From assembly GCA_022646745.1 (NCBI GenBank), contig CP060262.1:690001-722000 (forward strand): 32,000 nt of DNA, read 5' to 3'. The translations under genes and the position numbers were made by a program. Source of the stretch: Planctomycetales bacterium. Lineage in GTDB: Bacteria; 4484-113; JAFGCY01. Below the pieces are notes generated by a model. It was not told the DNA's origin and made no database searches. It saw nothing but the letters and a program-made list of their open reading frames with translations. Positions 1 to 9,713 of this stretch are shown here, piece after piece; positions within the stretch are counted from its first letter, which is position 1; the number at the start of each line of letters is the position of its first letter.

Positions 1-170
1 AGCGCCTCCGTATTTCCTCAGCGCCTCTGCGCCAAAATAACCGCTACGCAAGCCACCTCGTCACCCGAGCGCATGCGAGCCTATGCAGCGCGCAGTCGCG
101 CGGGCAGCACTGTACTCGCCAGACTGGTTTTCTTGGCGCAGAGGCGCGGAGAAAGACATGAGGCGCGGAG
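1..170 (+). repeat. Dispersed ~170-nt hairpin / MITE-like element, copy A (possibly clipped by window edge)
   Basis: Roughly 75-80% identical by eye to the reverse complement of 13699-13862. Perfect 15-bp terminal inverted repeat gcgcctctgcgccaa (21-35) / ttggcgcagaggcgc (133-147). Shared core cgcagtcgcgcggg..cac.gt.ctcgccag.ctggtttt. Confidence 0.6.
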
Positions 171-265
171 AAAACTCTCTATTGCCAATCCCGTCAGCCA
201 TGCGCACTTCACTGCATCCACTGCCAGATGCCGCAAGGCGGCACCGCTACCGATCCCTTCCTTTA

Positions 266-307
266 CTTCTTCCACTATTCGGACTATCAGAATTATTCAG
301 ACTTCTT
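266..307 (-). repeat. TCTGAATAG-type word block ending in TGGAAGAAG (reverse orientation)
   Basis: Reverse complement reads gaagaag tctgaataat tctgatag tccgaatag tggaagaag. The same block occurs at 13421-13456 and 29506-23 on the plus strand. Confidence 0.6.
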
Positions 308-326
308 CAGGAAGCGCGCGGCGCTA

Positions 327-476
327 CCCCTCCAACCTCAAAACTCCCCCACTCCAAACTAAAAAGGGAGGCCATTGCGGCCTCCCTCGTTGTCATTTCA
401 GTTCAGGTTGTAGTTTGGCGGTTTGAGCTTGGAATGAATCTCTCCAAACTCCGCACTCCAAACGCCCCACTCCAGC
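327..476. repeat. ACTCCAAA / TTTGGAG heptamer-word arms flanking the atpC terminator
   Basis: cccctccaacctcaaaactcccccactccaaact (327-360) is partly complementary to caggttgtagtttggcggtttgagcttgga (405-434). A further block tctccaaactccgcactccaaacgccccactccagc lies at 441-476. The same word family occurs at 26261-26334. Confidence 0.55.
361..386 (-). terminator. Rho-independent terminator of the atp operon
   Basis: Minus strand reads gggaggcc-gcaat-ggcctccc followed by ttttt, about 110 nt downstream of the atpC stop. Confidence 0.75.
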
Positions 477-496
477 CAGGCTAACAACCTGGCCTC

Positions 497-946
497 CTAG
501 AACATGTGCGTGCGCTTCTCGCCTTCCTTCTTCGCGGCCTCGCGGCGCACCATCGCCTTCTTCAGGGCGAAGATCGCGCGCTCGATGTCGACGTTCAGGT
601 CGTTCTGCGAGTAGTATGCCTGCAGGCGCTCACGCGCGCGCTTCTCGGCTTCCTCAGCGCGATGCACATCGATGTCGCCCGCCTGCTCAGCGGTTTCGGC
701 CAGCACGGTCACGCCGTCCTTGCCGATCTCCACGAAGCCGCCACCGACCGCGATGAAGCGGATGCGGTGCTCCTCCGGGTGCTCGATCATCAGCGTGCCC
801 TGCTCAAGCCCGCTGATCAGCGGGGCATGGCCCTTCCACACGCCGAAGTAGCCGTCCAGGCCGGGGATCACGCAGCTGGTGGTCTCCCCGCTCCAGACCT
901 CGCCGTCGGGGGTGACAACCTTCAGTGCGTACTTTGCCGTTGACAT
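497..946 (-). CDS. atpC: F1 ATP synthase epsilon subunit
   Basis: 149 aa, last gene of the cluster, 18 nt after atpD. N-terminal beta-sandwich-like sequence (LKVVTPDGEVWSG...VIPGLDGYFGVWKGHAPLIS) and a C-terminal charged helical hairpin. Confidence 0.9.
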   Translation of the reverse strand: MSTAKYALKVVTPDGEVWSGETTSCVIPGLDGYFGVWKGHAPLISGLEQGTLMIEHPEEHRIRFIAVGGGFVEIGKDGVTVLAETAEQAGDIDVHRAEEAEKRARERLQAYYSQNDLNVDIERAIFALKKAMVRREAAKKEGEKRTHMF

Positions 947-964
947 GCTTGGCTCCTATCCGAC

Positions 965-3246
<2,282 letters not shown>

Positions 3247-3404
3247 GTCTACTGAATCGAGAGAGTGCTCGGTGCAGTTAATCAGCATACAGCTCAGGAG
3301 TGTCCCGGACCTGCCGCTGTTCAATCCACGCACAGCTGATTTTCCGCGCGCAAGCGCCTGCCGGAAAGCGGCAGGTTGGCCTGGTGTTGCGCGATTCAGC
3401 CTGA

Positions 3405-4280
3405 TCATCCCTTCAACGCCTCCGCGCCGCCGACGATGTCCAGCAGCTCAAGCGTGATGCCCGCCTGGCGGGCCTTGTTGTATTCAAGTGTCAGGGCATC
3501 GATCATGTCGCCAGCAGCCTTGGTGGCGTTTTCCATCGCCACCATGCGGGCGCCGTTCTCGGAGGTGAAGTTCTCCATCGCGGCCTGGAACATGATCGTC
3601 TGGAAGTAGCGCGGCAGCAGTGCGGTCAGCAGCTCCTCCGGGCTCGGTTCAAGGTCGTAATTGTCGGCGAAGCCCTCCGCCTCGTCCTCACCGGCCGGCT
3701 CCAGGCTCTGGATCGGCAGCAGGCGCACGGCTGTCGGGTCGGACTTCATCACATTGATGAAGCGGGCGTAGATCATGTGCACTTCGGCGACCTCGCCCTC
3801 GAGGTAGGCATTCGTGAGCACTGCGTTCACCGGCTTCAGGTCGGCGTAGCTGGTGTTCTCATTGAAGCCCGGGAACCAGCTGCCCCCCTTGCCAAGCGCC
3901 TGCCAGCCCTTCTTGCCGACGAACACGATCTCCGTTTCGCGGCCCTGGGAGCGCTGTTCACGGATGAACTGCTCAGCCTTCTTCACGAGGTTCGCATTGA
4001 AGCTGCCGCACAGGCCCTTGTCGCCCGTGAACAGGAGCAGCATCACCTTCGGCGCTTCCGCGTTCACATGGCTCAGGAAAGGGTGGTCCACCTCGGTAGC
4101 CACGCTCGCGAGGTTGCGCATCACGCCGGCCAGGGTGTCCGTGTAGGGACGGCTGGCCTGGGTGCGGCCCTCGCTCTTGCGCAGGCGAGCGGCAGCGACC
4201 ATCTTCATCGCCTTCGTGATCTGCTGGGTGCTCTTCACCGATTTGATTCGGTTGCGGATTTCCTTGCCGCCCTTAGCCAC
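3405..4280 (-). CDS. atpG: F1 ATP synthase gamma subunit
   Basis: N-terminus (M)AKGGKEIRNRIKSVKSTQQITKAMKMVAAARLRK and C-terminus ARQAGITLELLDIVGGAEAL are canonical gamma. GTG start with AAGGAGG 6 nt upstream. Confidence 0.93.
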   Translation of the reverse strand: MAKGGKEIRNRIKSVKSTQQITKAMKMVAAARLRKSEGRTQASRPYTDTLAGVMRNLASVATEVDHPFLSHVNAEAPKVMLLLFTGDKGLCGSFNANLVKKAEQFIREQRSQGRETEIVFVGKKGWQALGKGGSWFPGFNENTSYADLKPVNAVLTNAYLEGEVAEVHMIYARFINVMKSDPTAVRLLPIQSLEPAGEDEAEGFADNYDLEPSPEELLTALLPRYFQTIMFQAAMENFTSENGARMVAMENATKAAGDMIDALTLEYNKARQAGITLELLDIVGGAEALKG

Positions 4281-4641
4281 CTGCGTCCTCCTTCGTATCG
4301 TTTCCGTTCAGCCGGGGCTTGAAGCCGATGTCACTTTCATCTGCTCCGGCCCGCCAGCCCGTGCGCTCGGGGAACTGGATCACCGTCGCGATGTAGTCCC
4401 AGCGGACCAGGATCACCGCGCGATGGCTCTCTTCCCGTCGCTGCTCCGGCGGAATGTAAGTCTCCTGCTGGTCGTAGACCGGCACCACCTTGTAGTTGGG
4501 GTGTTCGATCCACATGCCCAGTTCGTCAAGGCCCGTCACGTCCGCCGCGAACTTCTCGCTGTAGACGCCCGGCAGGTCCAGCAGCTCATAGGCGGTCCGG
4601 TCGAGCTGGATCAGCACTCGCGTGCCGACCACATCCTCCAT
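4273..4641 (-). CDS. Hypothetical small cytoplasmic protein between atpA and atpG
   Basis: Stop TAA (4273-4275) overlaps the atpG GTG start by 8 nt, and the atpG SD lies within its last codons. Alternative in-frame ATGs at 4686 and 4716 overlap the atpA 3' end. No signal peptide or TM segment, and no family recognised. Confidence 0.6.
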   Translation of the reverse strand: MEDVVGTRVLIQLDRTAYELLDLPGVYSEKFAADVTGLDELGMWIEHPNYKVVPVYDQQETYIPPEQRREESHRAVILVRWDYIATVIQFPERTGWRAGADESDIGFKPRLNGNDTKEDAGG

Positions 4642-4675
4642 CGTGACTGCCTTGTGCAAAGCTGCCTCCCGTCTG

Positions 4676-6328
4676 TTAACCGGCATGCTTCGCCGCGAAA
4701 TCGGCGAAGTAGGCATCGGCGGCGGTCTTCATGCTTTCCTCGACATCCGCATGGTTTCCGGTCTTGCGGATCGTCTCCAGCACCTGGCCGTAGTTTTCCT
4801 TCAGGTATTTCACGAAGCCTGCGCTGGAGGCCTGTACCTGGTCAACGGGCAGCTTGTCGTAGTAGCCCTTACTACCGGCCCAGATCTGCGCGACCTGCTC
4901 CTCGGTGGCAAGCGGGACGTACTGGCCCTGCTTCAGCAGCTCCACCATGCGCTCACCACGGGTGAGCAGTCGCAGGGTGGCGGCATCCAGGTCAGAACCG
5001 AACTGTGCGAAGGCCGCCATTTCGCGGTACTGCGCAAGGTCCAGCTTCAGTGAACCGGCGACCTTCTTCATGGCCTTTGTCTGAGCGCTACCACCGACTC
5101 GCGACACGGAGATACCCACGTTCACCGCGGGACGGATGCCCTGGTAGAACAGGTCACTCTCCAGGAAGATCTGTCCATCGGTGATGGAGATCACGTTCGT
5201 CGGGATGTAAGCGGACACGTCGCCGGCCTGGGTCTCGATCACCGGCAGGGCCGTGATCGATCCGCCGCGGCGCACTTCGACACCACTAATGTCGTTGCCG
5301 CAGCTGGCACATTTCTTGAAGATGGCCTGCTCCTCATAGGCATGCAGCTTGTTGAGCGGGTTGTTGTTGCCGCACTGCGGGCAGAGCTTGTAGTCGGCCA
5401 GCTTGACGGCGCGCTCCAGCAGGCGCGAGTGCAGGTAGAACACGTCTCCCGGGTAGGCCTCACGGCCCGGCGGACGGCGCAGCAGCAGGGACAGCGTACG
5501 GTACGCGGCAGCCTGCTTCGTCAGGTCATCGTATGCGATCAGCACATCCTGGGAGTTGTACATGAACTCCTCGGCCATTGCCACGCCCGCGTAGGGGGCG
5601 ATGTACTGCAGCGGCGCGGGATCGGAGGCGGAGGCGGAAACCACGATGGAGTAGGCCATCGCTCCGGTCTCTTCCAGCTTGGCGACCGTACGCGCCACGT
5701 TGGATTCCTTCTGGCCGATCATCACGTAGATGCAGAACACGGGGGTGTTCGTCTCGTGGGTGTACTTCTGGTTGATCATCGCGTCGAGGATGATCGCGCT
5801 CTTGCCGGTTGAACGGTCGCCAATGATCAGCTCGCGCTGTCCACGGCCGATCGGGATCATCGAGTCGACGGCCTTGAGGCCCGTCTGCATCGGCTCATGC
5901 ACCGGCTGGCGGTAGACCACGCCGTCTGCCTTGCGCTCCAGCGGACGGTAGCGGTCGGTGACGATCGGGCCCTTGCCGTCAATCGGCTGGCCGAGCGGGT
6001 TGACAACACGGCCAAGCATGGCCTTGCCGACGGGCACCTGCAGCACCTTGCCGGTGCGCTTGACCGGGTCGCCTTCCTTCACGCCCGAGTCGTCGCCAAG
6101 CAGCACGACGCCGACGCTCTCCTCCTCCAGGTTGAGCGCCATTCCCATGACGCCACCGGGGAACTCAAGCATCTCGGACGCGAGGCAGTTGGACAGGCCG
6201 AAGACTCGTGCGATACCGTCGCCCACCTGGACGACCGTACCCTGGTCCTCGAGCTTGAGGCTGCCCTCGTAGCTCTCGATCTGCTTCTTGAGTAATGCAG
6301 TTACCTCTTCAGGTCTGATAGCTGACAT
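4676..6328 (-). CDS. atpA: F1 ATP synthase alpha subunit with Cys4 insertion
   Basis: Walker A GDRSTGKS, plus [42 protein letters not shown] and [25 protein letters not shown]. 550 aa, longer than the usual 500-515, because of the insertion at 5267-5398. Confidence 0.97.
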   Translation of the reverse strand: MSAIRPEEVTALLKKQIESYEGSLKLEDQGTVVQVGDGIARVFGLSNCLASEMLEFPGGVMGMALNLEEESVGVVLLGDDSGVKEGDPVKRTGKVLQVPVGKAMLGRVVNPLGQPIDGKGPIVTDRYRPLERKADGVVYRQPVHEPMQTGLKAVDSMIPIGRGQRELIIGDRSTGKSAIILDAMINQKYTHETNTPVFCIYVMIGQKESNVARTVAKLEETGAMAYSIVVSASASDPAPLQYIAPYAGVAMAEEFMYNSQDVLIAYDDLTKQAAAYRTLSLLLRRPPGREAYPGDVFYLHSRLLERAVKLADYKLCPQCGNNNPLNKLHAYEEQAIFKKCASCGNDISGVEVRRGGSITALPVIETQAGDVSAYIPTNVISITDGQIFLESDLFYQGIRPAVNVGISVSRVGGSAQTKAMKKVAGSLKLDLAQYREMAAFAQFGSDLDAATLRLLTRGERMVELLKQGQYVPLATEEQVAQIWAGSKGYYDKLPVDQVQASSAGFVKYLKENYGQVLETIRKTGNHADVEESMKTAADAYFADFAAKHAG

Positions 6329-6421
6329 GACTTGCTATATCTCCTGTGTTGTCAAACACGCGTTGTCAGGGGGAAGCGGATAGCCTTCCGCCTGCCCCAG
6401 TTTTGGTCCGATCGGCCCCGC

Positions 6422-6982
6422 TCAGGCCCCGGCGAGCGTACGCCGGTAGTTGAGCATCTGCTCCTTGAGGTCGTCCAGCCGGTGCGCCAGGGTCCCGTCG
6501 ATCACGAGGTGGTCGCCGAGCTGCACCTTGACCCCGCCGAGCACCGCCGGGTCCACCTTCTCGGTGACGCCGAGGTTCTCGTAGTCGCTGAAGCGCTTCA
6601 CGCCCGCCACGATGGCCTGCTTCTGCTCCGCGGAAAGCGGCACGGCGCTGACGATCGTGATCTCCTCGACACCACGGTGCATATCCGTCAGGTGGTCGAA
6701 GTAGCGCAGTGTATCCGGCAGGGCCAGGATACGGTTCTTGTCGATCATCAGCAGCACCAGCGTGAGCAGGGTGTCGTCAATCCGGCCACCGAGCTGGGAC
6801 CTGATCAGGTCCTTCTTGGAGGCACTGGGCACCTGCGGTGACCCGAGGAAGTCGCGGACCTGGCGGTCCTTGAACACATCCTCAAGCACCTGGGCCTGGG
6901 CGTCTACGGCCTCCATCGTGCCACGTTCGAGCGTCAGCTCGAACAGGGCAGTGGCGTACCGCTTGGCTACAGCTCCGAGCAT
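6422..6982 (-). CDS. atpH: F1 ATP synthase delta (OSCP) subunit
   Basis: 186 aa, N-terminus AKRYATALFEL. Sits between atpF and atpA, and its start lies 1 nt after the atpF stop. Confidence 0.85.
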   Translation of the reverse strand: MLGAVAKRYATALFELTLERGTMEAVDAQAQVLEDVFKDRQVRDFLGSPQVPSASKKDLIRSQLGGRIDDTLLTLVLLMIDKNRILALPDTLRYFDHLTDMHRGVEEITIVSAVPLSAEQKQAIVAGVKRFSDYENLGVTEKVDPAVLGGVKVQLGDHLVIDGTLAHRLDDLKEQMLNYRRTLAGA

Positions 6983-6983
6983 G

Positions 6984-7472
6984 CTAGTTGAGCTCCCTCA
7001 TATCGGAGATGAAGCTGGAGACCAGCCTGTCATGGCGGTCCTTGTCCAGGTCTTCCTTCATCACCCGCTGGGCGATACGGAAGGAGAGGTCGATCGCAGC
7101 GTTGTTGAGCTCGGCCAGGGCCTTCTCCTTCTCACGCTGGATGTCCTCCTGGGTACGGGCCAGCAGCTTCTCGCGCGCTTCTTCGGCATGTGCCTTGATT
7201 TCCGCGGCGGCCGCCTGGCCCTTATCCAGTGCTTCCTGCATCTTCGCCTGTGCTTCGGCGTTGATATCGGCCATGCGCTTCTCGTACTCAGCCTGCTGCT
7301 TTGCAAGCTCGGTACGGGCACGGTCGATCTCGTCGAAGGCGTCCTCGATACTCTTGCGGCGTGAGTCGATGACCTGGGGCACTGCCGTCCACAAGGGCTT
7401 CTTGAGCACAGCCATCAGGATCAGGAATCCAACGAGGCTGGCTACGATTACTGGCAGATTTGCTAGGTCCAC
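6984..7472 (-). CDS. atpF: Fo ATP synthase b subunit
   Basis: One N-terminal TM helix (LPVIVASLVGFLILMAVL) followed by a long charged coiled-coil region. Position is after atpE. Confidence 0.85.
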   Translation of the reverse strand: MDLANLPVIVASLVGFLILMAVLKKPLWTAVPQVIDSRRKSIEDAFDEIDRARTELAKQQAEYEKRMADINAEAQAKMQEALDKGQAAAAEIKAHAEEAREKLLARTQEDIQREKEKALAELNNAAIDLSFRIAQRVMKEDLDKDRHDRLVSSFISDMRELN

Positions 7473-7485
7473 AACTTACTCCTTG

Positions 7486-7719
7486 TTAAGAGATCTTGCC
7501 CTGAAGGACGAAAGCGATAACGAGCGAGTAGATCGTAAGTGCCTCGATGAACGCGGCACCGATCAGCATCGCCGTCTGGAGCTTGCCGATGGCTTCGGGC
7601 TGACGGCCCATAGCTTCCATTGCGCCCTTCACGGCCAGACCGATACCAATACCGGATCCAAAGGCCGCGAGGCCGAGGCCGATGGGGATACCCAATCCTA
7701 AGGCTGCACCTGCATCCAT
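7486..7719 (-). CDS. atpE: Fo ATP synthase c subunit
   Basis: 77-aa two-helix hairpin with a GRQPE loop and the carboxylate in [13 protein letters not shown]. Ala follows the Glu, so it lacks the ES/ET Na+ motif. Confidence 0.92.
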   Translation of the reverse strand: MDAGAALGLGIPIGLGLAAFGSGIGIGLAVKGAMEAMGRQPEAIGKLQTAMLIGAAFIEALTIYSLVIAFVLQGKIS

Positions 7720-7752
7720 GACGAAAACTCCTAAAACGTTGATGAATTGATG

Positions 7753-8841
7753 TTACGCGTGGCTGTGCGCATGGTCATGCGCATCATGGTGTTCATGATG
7801 CTCGTGGTGGTCATGCGGCTCCCACATTGTGATGTAAACGGCTGAAAGCAGGCTGAAGATCAGCGCCTGGATGGCACCGAGCAGCAGGCCCAGGAACAGG
7901 AACGGCGTATGCAGCGGGACCCAGGGAATGAGGCCGGCGAAAACGCCGAGCAGCACATCCTTGCCGAGCAGGTTGCCGTACAGTCGCAGTGACAGAGAGA
8001 TGGGCTGGATGAACAGCTCCATGATGTGGATGATCGTGAACAGGGTCGCCATGAAGGCGATGATGCCGTAGCTGGCGCCACCCATGCCCAGCTCCTTAGC
8101 AGTCGGCAGTGTGCCGGGGAAGTGCTTGAGCCAGCCAAGCGGGCTCTGCATGATGGCGGAGCCGTGCACGTAGAGGAAGACCACCAGGGCCATTGCCAGG
8201 TTGAAGGACAGGTTGGCGGTCGGGGCCTTGCCAAGGAAGATCAGGCCCATCGTGTTGCAGACGAGGATGTAGATGAACAGTGTGCCGACCAGCGGCAGGT
8301 GGCGGCGTACCTTGTCGCGGCCGACGATCGCGCCGAAGAAGTCCTCGAAGAACTCGAACACGATCTCAGCGAACAGGCCGCGGCTCTTGAGCTGCTCACC
8401 CTTCTCGGGGCGGGCCTTGAGCTGGCGGGAAGCACCGAGGAAGAAGGCGCAGAGGCCGATCACGACCACGAAGCCGAAGATGATGGTCTCGAGCGCGGTG
8501 AAGGCGTCGCCATTCGGGTCATTCAGGCCAAGTCCCTTGGCCCAGTTGTCAACACCGACGATGCCGTCATGCAGCGGATCGCCCGCCGGACGGGAGTAGG
8601 CTTCGTGGTGGATCAGGCCCAGCAGGTTGGGAAGCTCGGGAATCTTGGAGCCATGGTGCTCCGCATGTCCATCGCCATGGGAATCACCCTGCGCATCGCC
8701 ATGCGCGCCGTCGTGGCCTTCAGTTGCCATGTGGCCACCGTCGGCGGCCTGCGCGGAATGGACACCGTTGTCCGGCGCTGCATGGTTGTCGTGCGTATCC
8801 TCGGAGACGCTGTCTCCGTGAGACTGCCACATGGCAAGCAT
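7753..8841 (-). CDS. atpB: Fo ATP synthase a subunit with His-rich N- and C-terminal extensions
   Basis: Conserved Arg block ISLSLRLYGNLLGKDVLL and five or more TM helices. I prefer the ATG at 8841 (GGAAGG 8 nt upstream, 1 nt after the atpI stop) over the ORF-track start at 8862. Confidence 0.9.
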   Translation of the reverse strand: MLAMWQSHGDSVSEDTHDNHAAPDNGVHSAQAADGGHMATEGHDGAHGDAQGDSHGDGHAEHHGSKIPELPNLLGLIHHEAYSRPAGDPLHDGIVGVDNWAKGLGLNDPNGDAFTALETIIFGFVVVIGLCAFFLGASRQLKARPEKGEQLKSRGLFAEIVFEFFEDFFGAIVGRDKVRRHLPLVGTLFIYILVCNTMGLIFLGKAPTANLSFNLAMALVVFLYVHGSAIMQSPLGWLKHFPGTLPTAKELGMGGASYGIIAFMATLFTIIHIMELFIQPISLSLRLYGNLLGKDVLLGVFAGLIPWVPLHTPFLFLGLLLGAIQALIFSLLSAVYITMWEPHDHHEHHEHHDAHDHAHSHA

Positions 8842-8842
8842 G

Positions 8843-9226
8843 TTATCTACCTTCCTCAACAACTGGGTCAGTCGGCCTGTCGAGCAAGCCCCTCACGATA
8901 AGCACGACAGGGAAAGCTACGAGCCCGGCAACCAGTCCCCTCAGATCCGTGAAATCGGCTGACAACAGCCACAGCAGGATGAGGTAGGACGCCGGAATTT
9001 TAGCACAGACCAAAATGAACACCAATAGTTTCCCGGGGCTTTTCTGTGCAATCAGGGACGAAATGAACAGGGCCAGCAGGGCGAGGTTGGACGCCGCCCA
9101 GAGGCAGGCCAGCAGGAATGACGCTCCTGCTCCCTCATCCCAGTAGATGCCTATACCAATCCCGCCGACCAGCCCGAGCAGGGCCAGGTCTCGCACGCAG
9201 CGGATTGTCATCGCAGTGCTCAGCAT
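8843..9226 (-). CDS. atpI: AtpI-like small membrane protein
   Basis: 127 aa with about 4 TM helices, directly upstream of atpB as in classical atp operons. Assignment rests mainly on position and topology. Confidence 0.55.
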   Translation of the reverse strand: MLSTAMTIRCVRDLALLGLVGGIGIGIYWDEGAGASFLLACLWAASNLALLALFISSLIAQKSPGKLLVFILVCAKIPASYLILLWLLSADFTDLRGLVAGLVAFPVVLIVRGLLDRPTDPVVEEGR

Positions 9227-9238
9227 CTCTGGTCCGGT

Positions 9239-9601
9239 TCATCGGTTCAGGCTTGCCATCAGGCGTATCACCATCGCAAAGGATGCAACAGTGAACATCA
9301 CCACCAGCAGCGGCAGCCAGAAGGCCGTACCCAAGCGCTGGTCAAGCCAGCTACCGGCGAGCCATCCGGCGACCGTGCCACTGACGAGGTATGCCGGGAT
9401 CACGAAGGCGTATGAAACGCCCCGCATCCGCTTGCTGCGGTCCTCCTCTGACTGCTGCTCGCGGCGTATTTCCTGGTCACTGGCTTTATGGCGCCTGTAC
9501 TTGAAGCGGAAGTCCACTCCAAGATTATAAGGAGTGCGAGACCCTCCGTGGCTGGTTCGCACCAGCCCCAATATACCATGAAACAGACTTAATTCGTGCA
9601 A
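9239..9601 (-). CDS. AtpZ-like two-TM protein (start uncertain)
   Basis: C-terminal two-helix membrane hairpin (SYAFVIPAYLVSGTVAGWLAGSWL...FWLPLLVVMFTVASFAMVI) preceded by a charged segment, located upstream of atpI as in Bacillus atpZ. The ORF-track start is TTG, and an internal ATG at 9427 would give 62 aa. Confidence 0.45.
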   Translation of the reverse strand: MHELSLFHGILGLVRTSHGGSRTPYNLGVDFRFKYRRHKASDQEIRREQQSEEDRSKRMRGVSYAFVIPAYLVSGTVAGWLAGSWLDQRLGTAFWLPLLVVMFTVASFAMVIRLMASLNR

Positions 9602-9713
9602 TCATTCACAATAAAATACGCAAATTCCACAATTTTCAGGCTCATCTGATGCGGACAAACCCGAGGATAGTCAATTATTCCGTTTTGATCGTGAACGCTT
9701 GCACGATTTTGTC

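Noticed and set aside
7486-7719. A Na+-translocating or N-type ATPase
   Set aside because: The gene order is the classical F-type order with atpH, and no atpQ/atpR are present. The c subunit has Ala-Leu after the carboxylate (IEALTIY) rather than the ES/ET Na+ ligands, and it lacks the helix-1 Gln.
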